This document shows positions 16,000-24,233 of a DNA stretch of 64,000 nucleotides, in pieces. Both the position numbers and the translations under genes were made by a program. This DNA comes from Dehalococcoidia bacterium. GTDB lineage: Bacteria > Chloroflexota > Dehalococcoidia > Lucifugimonadales > VXLM01. Numbering within the stretch: position 1 is the first letter of the stretch; every line of letters starts with the position of its first letter. The notes below the pieces were generated by a model that saw only the letters and a list, made by a program, of their open reading frames with translations, was not told the origin of the DNA and did not search any database. The stretch spans positions 1,010,852-1,074,851 of the forward strand of contig OZ244816.1 of the NCBI GenBank assembly GCA_965220255.1. Direction: 5' to 3'.

Positions 16000-16838
16000 A
16001 CGTCACGCCCTTCACGGATGCCACGGATGAACTCGTCCACGTCGAAGGGTTCACTGGTTGTAATCACTTTTTCGGGATCGAAGATTTTTGGTTTCGGGTT
16101 TTTCAAGAACGCCTCGACATCAAAAGGATCACTCCACGAACGAGCGAGGTTGAGCTCTTGCACTTCAACTGTTGTCCACCTGTTATTGTCATTGAACCTT
16201 CCCCTCCCTCTCACTTCCACACGCTGTGTGGCAAACCGGAGCATGTCTTCATGGAATTCCTCTGCAAACCTCAGTTGCACGTATTCACCTGAGTAGTCGT
16301 GTAGCTGGGCTGTCCGCTTGTCCCAATTGACCTCGTACAACCATCCATGAAGTAGGGTTTCAGTTACGCCGCTTGTCTTGCGGGCAGCAGTGGGCCTGCG
16401 TGAGATTTCCACCCTGTGGGGGTTGTCCCTGCTACCGAACGAAAGTCGCACACCGTCCGAAAGCTTCGCCGCTGTCGAATGTAGCGTGTCTCCTACGTCT
16501 TTTGGCAGAGTGGAATCTTGCGTGCCATCCCACTCTTTCAAGGCTTCTATTGCCCGATTGCCGAGACCCTCCAAATATGACTGACCATCCGAAGGAGCTT
16601 CTACCTCTAGGTCAGCGATGAAGGAGCCGGACCGTATATCGACTAGACGCAAGGTGCTCTGGTCCCGTATCCACTTTGGGGGTCGGCCAAGACCTTTCTC
16701 ACGGTCTCCCAAGTGCTGCACCATGAGTCGGACGGCATCTTGGATGCCCGTGAGGGCAGTGACGATCTCAGGCACCAAGCCACCGGGCCGGGAATCATCA
16801 GAATCTGATAGAGCAAATGTAAGTCTTTGCGCCGCCAT
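15978..16838 (-). CDS. 286-aa protein in antitoxin position, unknown domains
   Basis: Stop overlaps the PIN start by 22 nt. GGGAGG SD upstream of its ATG. I recognise no HTH, RHH, AbrB or Phd motif. Low-GC patch. Confidence 0.6.
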   Translation of the reverse strand: MAAQRLTFALSDSDDSRPGGLVPEIVTALTGIQDAVRLMVQHLGDREKGLGRPPKWIRDQSTLRLVDIRSGSFIADLEVEAPSDGQSYLEGLGNRAIEALKEWDGTQDSTLPKDVGDTLHSTAAKLSDGVRLSFGSRDNPHRVEISRRPTAARKTSGVTETLLHGWLYEVNWDKRTAQLHDYSGEYVQLRFAEEFHEDMLRFATQRVEVRGRGRFNDNNRWTTVEVQELNLARSWSDPFDVEAFLKNPKPKIFDPEKVITTSEPFDVDEFIRGIREGRDVWRKHSE

Positions 16839-17132
16839 GACCCCCCTCCCGACGCTAGTGCGCTGCCATGGTATTGCGGGGAATATAGTATAGCACCCAC
16901 CTCACATGTCCGCTTTAGGAACCGACCCAATGGGGATAAGCCAGTGTGGCACTCTTATAGCATCTTCGCCTATCGAACGTCTAAGCTTAGAACCCAATCC
17001 CGCGCTGTAGCATGTCCTGACACCTGCCTCTCGACCCTCCAGCTCTCCCTCCCGGTTCACACCATTGACGCCCTCTTAACCCACTCCCGGAATACTGAAA
17101 AGAATTTCCCGAAAAAAACGTCCGAAAAAACC

Positions 17133-17160
17133 TTGACCCCCCTCCGGAGCGGCGTATACT
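17133..17160 (+). promoter_or_regulatory. Putative promoter of ABC exporter operon
   Basis: TTGACC (17133-17138), 16-nt spacer, TATACT (17155-17160), about 110 nt upstream of ATG 17273. Confidence 0.35.
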
Positions 17161-17272
17161 GGATTGTGAGGGTTCTGATTTTCGTGTGAGTTAGGGGGTC
17201 TTATGCCCCCTCTCTGTTTGTCTCCCCTCGTAGATTGATGAAGGGTCCTGCCGGGGGCATAAGCCCGGCCTG

Positions 17273-19072
17273 ATGAGACTACTCATACGAATCCTCCGGT
17301 TCCCGTGGAACCACAAGCGGCGACTCTTGGCCGCATACCTGTTCACAGCAGGCGCTACCGCGGCATACGTATTCCTCCCCCAGCTATTCGGCGACGCGGT
17401 CGATACGGTGGCGGGCCTGATCGAGGCCGGTGAACCCGCCAACTCGGTCATTCTCGGCACCTGCATCCTTATCCTGGTGCTCGGCATCGCGCGCGGCATC
17501 TTCTCGTTCGGGCAGATGTACATGGGCGAGTCGCTCGGACAGCACGTCGTCTACGACCTGCGTAACCGGTTCTACAACCACGTCCAGCACCTGGGATTCG
17601 GCTTCCACGACGGCCAGCATACCGGCAAGCTGATGTCCAAGGCGATCACGGACGTCGAGGCGATCCGCATGTTCGTCAACCTCGTCGTCGTGCGAACGCC
17701 CTACTTCCTGGTCCTGTTCGCCGTGGTCGTGTTCCTGATGATGCGGATCGACTGGCAACTGGGACTGATCAGCCTAGCGCTGCTGCCCATCGCCATGACG
17801 GTGGCAAGCATGATCCGGCTGCGAATGCGGAACGCGTGGCTCGAAGCCCAGGAGAAGCTCGCAGTCCTGAACACCACGCTCCAGGAGAACCTGACGGGCG
17901 CGCGGGTGGTCAAGGCCTTCGCCTCCTCCGATTACGAGGAAGAGAAGTTCCGGGTCCACAACCAGGCCGTCGCCGACGACATGTACAAGGCGATGAGGCT
18001 GCATGCCTTCAACGGCTCGTTCGTGCTCTTCACCTTCATGCTGACGCTCGGCATCGTGCTCCTGTTCGGCGGCCTCGGCGTGATCGACGGGCGCATGACG
18101 CTCGGCGAGTTCACCAAGTTCATCCTCTACCTGCAGATACTGGCCCAGCCGTTCCGCATGGCGGGCATGATCGTGAACAACCTCGCTCGGGCGATGTCCG
18201 CCGCGACTCGCATATTCGAGGTGCTCGACGCGGAGTCGCCGGTCCGTGACCGCCGCAACGCCGTCGAGATGAAACGCGCCGCCGGTCACGTGCGGTTCGA
18301 AAACGTGGGCTTCGAGTACCGCAGGAACGCGCCAGTGCTGGACAGCCTGAACCTCGATGTTCCGGCCGGCCGCGTCGTCGCCCTGCTGGGTGCGCCCGGC
18401 AGCGGCAAGAGCACTCTCGCCAGCCTGATTCCGCGATTCTACGACTCGACATCCGGAACAGTCACGATCGACGGGATTGACGTCCGCGACGTGACGCTGA
18501 AGTCGCTGCGCCGGAACATCGGCGTGGTGCAGCAGGACGTGTTCCTGTTCACCGACACGATAGCCAACAACATAGCCTACGGACGTCCCGACGCGAGCAT
18601 GGATGATGTAATCGCGGCGGCGAAAGTCGCCCAGCTTCACGAGCACATCGAGGGCCTGCCCGACGGCTACGAGACCGTCCTGGGCGAGCGTGGAGTGTCG
18701 CTCTCCGGAGGCCAGCGTCAGCGCCTTTCGATAGCGCGCGCCGTCCTCCTCGACCCGCCGATACTGGTGCTCGACGACTCCACCTCGAGTGTCGACGCGC
18801 GTACTGAGAATGAGATCCGCAAGGCGATGACCTCGGTGATGGAAGGCCGCACGACCTTCATCATCGCGCACCGCCTCAGCACGGTCCATTCCGCCGACAC
18901 GATCGTCGTCCTGCAGGACGGGCGAATAGTGGAGCGCGGCAACCATGCCGAGCTCGTCAATCACGGCGGTCTGTACCGTGAGATCTACGACCTGCAGCTT
19001 CGGCCACAGGAAGAGGTCATGATGGAGTTCGACGTTCCGGAGAAGGTCGCGGCCGGGAGCTCGCCGTCATGA
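17273..19072 (+). CDS. ABC transporter permease/ATP-binding protein (exporter half)
   Basis: N-terminal 6-TM domain. Walker A GAPGSGKST, signature LSGGQRQRLSIARA, Walker B ILVLDDSTS. Confidence 0.9.
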   Translation: MRLLIRILRFPWNHKRRLLAAYLFTAGATAAYVFLPQLFGDAVDTVAGLIEAGEPANSVILGTCILILVLGIARGIFSFGQMYMGESLGQHVVYDLRNRFYNHVQHLGFGFHDGQHTGKLMSKAITDVEAIRMFVNLVVVRTPYFLVLFAVVVFLMMRIDWQLGLISLALLPIAMTVASMIRLRMRNAWLEAQEKLAVLNTTLQENLTGARVVKAFASSDYEEEKFRVHNQAVADDMYKAMRLHAFNGSFVLFTFMLTLGIVLLFGGLGVIDGRMTLGEFTKFILYLQILAQPFRMAGMIVNNLARAMSAATRIFEVLDAESPVRDRRNAVEMKRAAGHVRFENVGFEYRRNAPVLDSLNLDVPAGRVVALLGAPGSGKSTLASLIPRFYDSTSGTVTIDGIDVRDVTLKSLRRNIGVVQQDVFLFTDTIANNIAYGRPDASMDDVIAAAKVAQLHEHIEGLPDGYETVLGERGVSLSGGQRQRLSIARAVLLDPPILVLDDSTSSVDARTENEIRKAMTSVMEGRTTFIIAHRLSTVHSADTIVVLQDGRIVERGNHAELVNHGGLYREIYDLQLRPQEEVMMEFDVPEKVAAGSSPS

Positions 19073-20895
19073 TGCAAACCATGGGTGGAAGGCCGTCCGG
19101 CGCGAGCAAGGACGGGCTCGACGAAGAGGTCTTCGGGAACGCCGTAGACCCCAAGGTCATCCGCAGACTGCTCCCCTACGTCCTCCCTCAGACCCGGCTG
19201 GTCATCATCGCAGTCATCGCAATGCTGCTCTTCGCGGGAACGCAGGTGTCGGTGCCGTGGCTCATCAAGCTCGGTATCGACCGCTACATCGCCCACGACG
19301 ACAGTGCCGGCCTCATCATGGTGGCCGGCCTGTTCTTCGGGAGCGCCGTCGTGAACTGGATATCCCTCTACGTGCAGGACATCACGATAACGAAGGCGGG
19401 ACAGGGCGTCCTGCTGGCTCTGCGTCGCGACATGTTCGCACACATGCAGAAGCAGTCGATGCGCTTCTTCGACAAGACCGAGGTCGGACGCATCATGTCG
19501 CGCGTTCAGGGCGATGTGTACCAGCTCCAGGAGTTCCTCGGCACCATCGTCATGACCGTCGGCGACTTCCTCAGCCTCGGCGGGATCATAGTCGTCATGC
19601 TCCTGCTCGACGTGCAGCTGGGGCTCCTCGCCCTGGTTGTTTTGCCGCTGCTGGCCATAGCAATGGCCGTGTGGCAGCCGTTCGCCAAGAGAACGTTCAT
19701 CAAGGCAAGGGCGACGATCTCCATCGTCAACGCCTCGCTGAACGAGAACATCACCGGCGTTCGCGTCGTCCAGGCGATGAACCGACAGGACGAGAACCTC
19801 CGCCAGTTCGACGTGAAGAACCGGAGCAACCTCAACGCCTTCCTCGGCGCCGGACGGCTCTCGGCGGGCGTTCTGCCGGTGGTCGACTTCCTGCCGGCGG
19901 CGGCAATCGGCCTGGTGCTCTACTTCGGCTCCAGCATGGTCACCGGCGGAGTCATCGAGATCGGCCTGCTGATCGCTTTCATCATGTACATCCAGCGCTT
20001 CTTCGACCCGATCCGCAACCTGACCATCCAGTACACCCTGCTCCAGCGAGCGATGGCATCGGGCACGCGCATCTTCGAGACGCTGGACGTCGAGCCCGAC
20101 ATGGTCGACGCTCCGAACGCCTCCGTACTCCCGCCGGTCCGCGGTGAGATCGAGTTGAAGAACGTGAGCTTCGCCTACAAGAAGGGCGAGGACGTCATTC
20201 ATAACCTGAGCCTTCGCGTGGAGCCGGGACAGTCGGTCGCCATCGTCGGACCGACCGGCGCGGGCAAGACGACGCTCGTGTCGCTCATCGCCCGGTTCTA
20301 CGACGTTGAACAGGGACGAGGCGCTGTCATGGTCGACGGCCACGACGTGCGCGATGTCGTACGCACGTCCCTGGCCAGTCAGATGAGCATGGTGCTGCAG
20401 GAGCCGTTCCTCTTCTCGGGCACCGTGCGCGAGAACATCAAGTACAACCACGTCGACGTATCCGACGAGAAGATGATCGAGGCGGCGGAGGCAGTAGGAG
20501 CGCACGGCTTCATCACCAAGCTCGAAGACGGGTACGACACCTATTTGGAAGAGCGCGGCGAGAACCTGAGCGTCGGCCAGCGCCAGCTCATAAGCTTCGC
20601 CCGCGCCATCGTGGCCGATCCCAAGATACTCATCCTCGACGAGGCGACGGCCAACATCGACAGCCACACCGAGGCGCAGATCCAGCTCGCGCTGCGGAGC
20701 CTGCTAAAGGGCAGGACGGCAATCGTCATCGCCCACCGACTCTCGACCATTCGCGGAGCCGACAAGATCGTCGTGCTCAACAAGGGCGAGTTGGCGGAAG
20801 AGGGCACCCACGACGAGCTACTCGACAGGGACGGTCTCTATTCGCACCTGTACCACATGAACTACGCCGTCCTCGAAGAGATCGGCGTCGCGTAG
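19069..20895 (+). CDS. ABC transporter permease/ATP-binding protein (exporter half)
   Basis: 4-nt ATGA overlap with the previous gene. Walker A GPTGAGKTT, signature LSVGQRQLISFARA, Walker B ILILDEATA. Confidence 0.9.
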   Translation: MMQTMGGRPSGASKDGLDEEVFGNAVDPKVIRRLLPYVLPQTRLVIIAVIAMLLFAGTQVSVPWLIKLGIDRYIAHDDSAGLIMVAGLFFGSAVVNWISLYVQDITITKAGQGVLLALRRDMFAHMQKQSMRFFDKTEVGRIMSRVQGDVYQLQEFLGTIVMTVGDFLSLGGIIVVMLLLDVQLGLLALVVLPLLAIAMAVWQPFAKRTFIKARATISIVNASLNENITGVRVVQAMNRQDENLRQFDVKNRSNLNAFLGAGRLSAGVLPVVDFLPAAAIGLVLYFGSSMVTGGVIEIGLLIAFIMYIQRFFDPIRNLTIQYTLLQRAMASGTRIFETLDVEPDMVDAPNASVLPPVRGEIELKNVSFAYKKGEDVIHNLSLRVEPGQSVAIVGPTGAGKTTLVSLIARFYDVEQGRGAVMVDGHDVRDVVRTSLASQMSMVLQEPFLFSGTVRENIKYNHVDVSDEKMIEAAEAVGAHGFITKLEDGYDTYLEERGENLSVGQRQLISFARAIVADPKILILDEATANIDSHTEAQIQLALRSLLKGRTAIVIAHRLSTIRGADKIVVLNKGELAEEGTHDELLDRDGLYSHLYHMNYAVLEEIGVA

Positions 20896-20921
20896 GTTCC
20901 CACGCAACCCGGACAGCCTCA

Positions 20922-21006
20922 CCCCGTTCGACCCCGTATCAGGTACGGGGCAAGCCCGGAGCCTGTCGAAGAGCGTATCATGGTTCGACAAGCTCACCAC
21001 GAACGG
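20922..21006. repeat. REP-like hairpin cluster (ggttcgacaagctcaccacgaacgg family)
   Basis: Shares motifs with 12811-12872 and 29522-29582. Contains the nested hairpin ccccgtatcaggtacgggg. Confidence 0.7.
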
Positions 21007-21045
21007 CTTTCACGGCCTTCGCAATCACCCTAAAAGGACCGCACC

Positions 21046-21837
21046 ATGACCGACTACTTCCGCGCATCGCGCCACCTCGACCTCGAAGGCGCATACAACC
21101 TCAGGGACATCGGCGGGTACGAGACTACAGACGGGCGAGTGACCCGTCCGAGGACGCTGTACCGGTCCGACAGCCTTCACAGCCTCACGCCGGACTCCCA
21201 ACGCGCTCTCGTGTCGGAGGGACTGCGCACTGTGGTAGACCTGCGGGTGACTGATGCCGTCACGCAGCACCCCAACGTTTTCGAACAGTCGTCGGAGGTG
21301 GACTACAACTGGGTGAACGTCATGGGAGACGTGCCGCTGGTGGAGGTCTCTGACATCAACGTCTCGTCGCTCGGCCCCGACCGCCCGCCGGACATCTACG
21401 CGGCCATCCTCGACGTGCGGCGCGAGTGGATGGGCAAGGTGGTCAAGCTCCTCGCGGCGCCCGGAACTCTGCCCGCGCTCTATCACTGCAACTCCGGTCG
21501 CGACCGCGCGGGCCTCGTGACGATGCTGCTGCTGAGCATCGCAGGCGTTCCTGCGGAGACCATCGTCCGGGACTACAGCTCATCGGCCACGTATCTTTGG
21601 CGGCGCATCCCCGACCGCGAGGCCGGTAAACGGCTGCGCCTCGACCCGGCGGAATTCGACGCCAACGACGAGTTCCGGCAGGCATTCGAGACCGAGCGGA
21701 ACATCGCCCCGCCTCACGCCATGCGCGCCAGCATCGAGCACCTCGAACGCGAGTACAGCGGCGTCCGGCCTTACCTGATGGGCGCGGGCGTCACCGAAGA
21801 AGACCTGGAGCGACTGCGCGGCGCGATGGTGGAGTGA
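21046..21837 (+). CDS. Protein-tyrosine phosphatase (Y_phosphatase3-like)
   Basis: NLRDIGGY..LYRSDSL..VVDLR N-terminal pattern and the CX5R active site HCNSGRDRAG. Confidence 0.8.
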   Translation: MTDYFRASRHLDLEGAYNLRDIGGYETTDGRVTRPRTLYRSDSLHSLTPDSQRALVSEGLRTVVDLRVTDAVTQHPNVFEQSSEVDYNWVNVMGDVPLVEVSDINVSSLGPDRPPDIYAAILDVRREWMGKVVKLLAAPGTLPALYHCNSGRDRAGLVTMLLLSIAGVPAETIVRDYSSSATYLWRRIPDREAGKRLRLDPAEFDANDEFRQAFETERNIAPPHAMRASIEHLEREYSGVRPYLMGAGVTEEDLERLRGAMVE

Positions 21838-21860
21838 GCGGGCGGCGCTATAGCGTCGGC

Positions 21861-23273
21861 TCAGCGCTTCAATATTCCACGTGCTTGAAGCTGCGTCTTC
21901 AAGTACCCCATATCGCGACTCCCTTTAATCGCGTTGCAGGCGTGGCACAGCAGTTGAAGATTGCCAATGGCGTCTAGGCCGCCTTTAGAGCGCGGAGTAA
22001 TGTGATCTATGGTCAAAACATGGAGGGGTAGCTCATACTCACATCCAACGCACTTCCGTTCTTGACAGGCATACAGAAGTTCCTTATCCGACTGCGGATC
22101 CATAGAACCACGAAGCGCCGGATCGTCGGTGCGCGGGGGCGGTTTGCGAAGTATGCGGGGAGTCCAGTCTTCCCATCCATTGCCGTCATCGTCATTGAAA
22201 GGTATTTGTAACTCGCGTCTTGCCCTGTCGGCCAGAACTTGGGCGGCCTGCGGCACGATGTCGATGCCGATCCACTCGCGCCCAAGTTTCTCGGCGGCAA
22301 TGCACGCGGTTGCGCAGCCGCAGAATGGGTCGAGTACAAGGTCTCCCCTATTCGAGGACGCGCTAATTATGCGCTCCAAGAGCGCAACGGGCTTTTGAGT
22401 TCGCCAGCCGGTACGCTCACGCGCCTGTGAATTGATGACATCTATATCAGTCCAAGAAGATTGAACCGGCCTGCCCTTCATCTCATCCAAGTACCGCTTG
22501 CGCCTGATGCCTCCCCTGCTGGTGAAGTGCAATTTCCCCTCCGCGTCCAACTGCTCCATCGTTTCAAGGGGGACACGCCACAGGGACTTCACTCCCTTGT
22601 ATTCGTACTCATATCCTCCGCCTGCCAAACCCTTCGCCGTAATATCGTAGTCGGCCCAAGCCCGTCCGTCGGGGTCTTTATAGCGGAACCTCGCTCTGTA
22701 CGTCTCCTCATACGGGTTGTACTGAGTATTCCAGGTCCAGCGATTGCCTCTTGTGTAGAAGAGTATTGTGTCCGTATTTGCGCCGAACCGTTTTGAGTCG
22801 CTGTGAGCGGTGGTGCGTTGCCAAGTGATCTCATTCTGAAAACTGCTTCCCCCGAACAGAGCATCCATAATTCCCTTCAAGTAATGGGACGCTGCGGGAT
22901 CGCAGTGCAAATAGATGCTTCCGGTCGGCTTCAATACGCGGTGCAGTTCCAGCAGACGCACGCTCATGAACGTAAGGTAGCCGGCCATACTCTCGCCGTT
23001 TGACAGCTTTGCCCCGTTGATTAGGTGAAACAGCGCCGGGCGACGGTACTCGATCTCGTCGATCCACTCCTGCTTCATGTCGTCCAGAGTCCACACGTCG
23101 TCGAACTCCGCTCCCCTTGCCTCGCTGTCCAGTGGCGCGGCATAGGTCTTGTCCGACTTAAAGGGTGGGTCGAGATAGATGAGGTCCACACACTCGGAGT
23201 TTATCCCGCGCAGGATATCGAGATTGTCGCCCGTGAAGATCGTGCGGGAAGGTACGTTGCAGACGTTGGGCAT
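21861..23273 (-). CDS. DNA methyltransferase (beta-class N4/N6, DPPF) fused to C-terminal HNH nuclease domain
   Basis: Motif IV LIYLDPPF near the N-terminus. SAM-binding motif region VLDPFCGCATACIAAEKLGREWIGIDI near residue 310. C-terminal CVGC..DHITPRSKGGLDAIGNLQLLCHACNAIKG is a canonical HNH. Confidence 0.85.
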   Translation of the reverse strand: MPNVCNVPSRTIFTGDNLDILRGINSECVDLIYLDPPFKSDKTYAAPLDSEARGAEFDDVWTLDDMKQEWIDEIEYRRPALFHLINGAKLSNGESMAGYLTFMSVRLLELHRVLKPTGSIYLHCDPAASHYLKGIMDALFGGSSFQNEITWQRTTAHSDSKRFGANTDTILFYTRGNRWTWNTQYNPYEETYRARFRYKDPDGRAWADYDITAKGLAGGGYEYEYKGVKSLWRVPLETMEQLDAEGKLHFTSRGGIRRKRYLDEMKGRPVQSSWTDIDVINSQARERTGWRTQKPVALLERIISASSNRGDLVLDPFCGCATACIAAEKLGREWIGIDIVPQAAQVLADRARRELQIPFNDDDGNGWEDWTPRILRKPPPRTDDPALRGSMDPQSDKELLYACQERKCVGCEYELPLHVLTIDHITPRSKGGLDAIGNLQLLCHACNAIKGSRDMGYLKTQLQARGILKR

Positions 23274-23449
23274 GAAATGGACTCTTCAGTTACTCGCGTC
23301 AAGGCAGCGGCGCTAGTGCGTTACTGCCATCTTAACTCGTGCCACATGATAGAACGGTTGTTCACGCAGGTCAAGTGTCGTCGCTCCTGCTGGGCAAATG
23401 AAAGTCTTGGGTATGGATTCTATTTATGGATGGAAAAAGACCCTTCACC

Positions 23450-24232
23450 CTACCTGTACAGCTGCGTTGCGGTCGTTACGTTTCCGATGTGCCAGAGCAC
23501 AGAGGGCGGCAGGAGTAGGAGCAGGGCGACTACGACCGCCGAGAGCACTGTCGCGAGCACAGGCGGGCCGTACCTGGCGGCCTGGTCGTTGGAGAGCGCG
23601 GCGAGTCGGTCGATGGCCCATCCGCCAGCTGCGAACAGCAGTCCCGCGGAAACTGCCGTGTACATGAAGCGTCCGCCCTCCGAGACCATGCGGAACGGGA
23701 CGCCGAATATCGTGTCGAGGGAGAATCCCACGAAATCGACGAACGGTATCGCGCCCTCGACGTATGCCAGGACGACGTTCGCCTGAGGCAGCGCTACTCC
23801 CCCGAGGAGCAGCGAGAAGACGACCCAGTATGTCGCGCCGATGGCGGCCCAAGGGAGGATGCCCAAGGCGTGGCGTGGAGTCGATGTCTCGAAGGCTCGG
23901 GTAGACCTGTTGATGAGGTATCCAATGACTCCAGCGACCACCAGTCCCGTCAGGCCGCCGACCAGCATGAAGTACACGATGTCGTCGGGCGGCAGGGCGT
24001 CCGCATCGACGGCGAACTTCGAGGTCAGCCCGACGACGTTCGAGATGACGACGGCCGCGCCGAGGGCCGCGCCGTAGAGCCCGAGGCTGGCGGCGAAACG
24101 CCAACGGGGGCGCGAGTCCTCTCGCGGGTCAGCAAGAACGCGTCTGGATGTGTCGGCGGTGGTCGTCACGTGTGTCGTTCGGCGGGACTGCGAGATACTT
24201 CCAGTGTACATCAACGGCCCTTGCCGGAGCAC
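23450..24232 (-). CDS. Multi-pass membrane protein, hypothetical
   Basis: 260 aa with about 6 hydrophobic helices. Its start lies 1 nt after the stop of the upstream radical-SAM gene. Confidence 0.6.
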   Translation of the reverse strand: MLRQGPLMYTGSISQSRRTTHVTTTADTSRRVLADPREDSRPRWRFAASLGLYGAALGAAVVISNVVGLTSKFAVDADALPPDDIVYFMLVGGLTGLVVAGVIGYLINRSTRAFETSTPRHALGILPWAAIGATYWVVFSLLLGGVALPQANVVLAYVEGAIPFVDFVGFSLDTIFGVPFRMVSEGGRFMYTAVSAGLLFAAGGWAIDRLAALSNDQAARYGPPVLATVLSAVVVALLLLLPPSVLWHIGNVTTATQLYR

Positions 24233-24233
24233 T

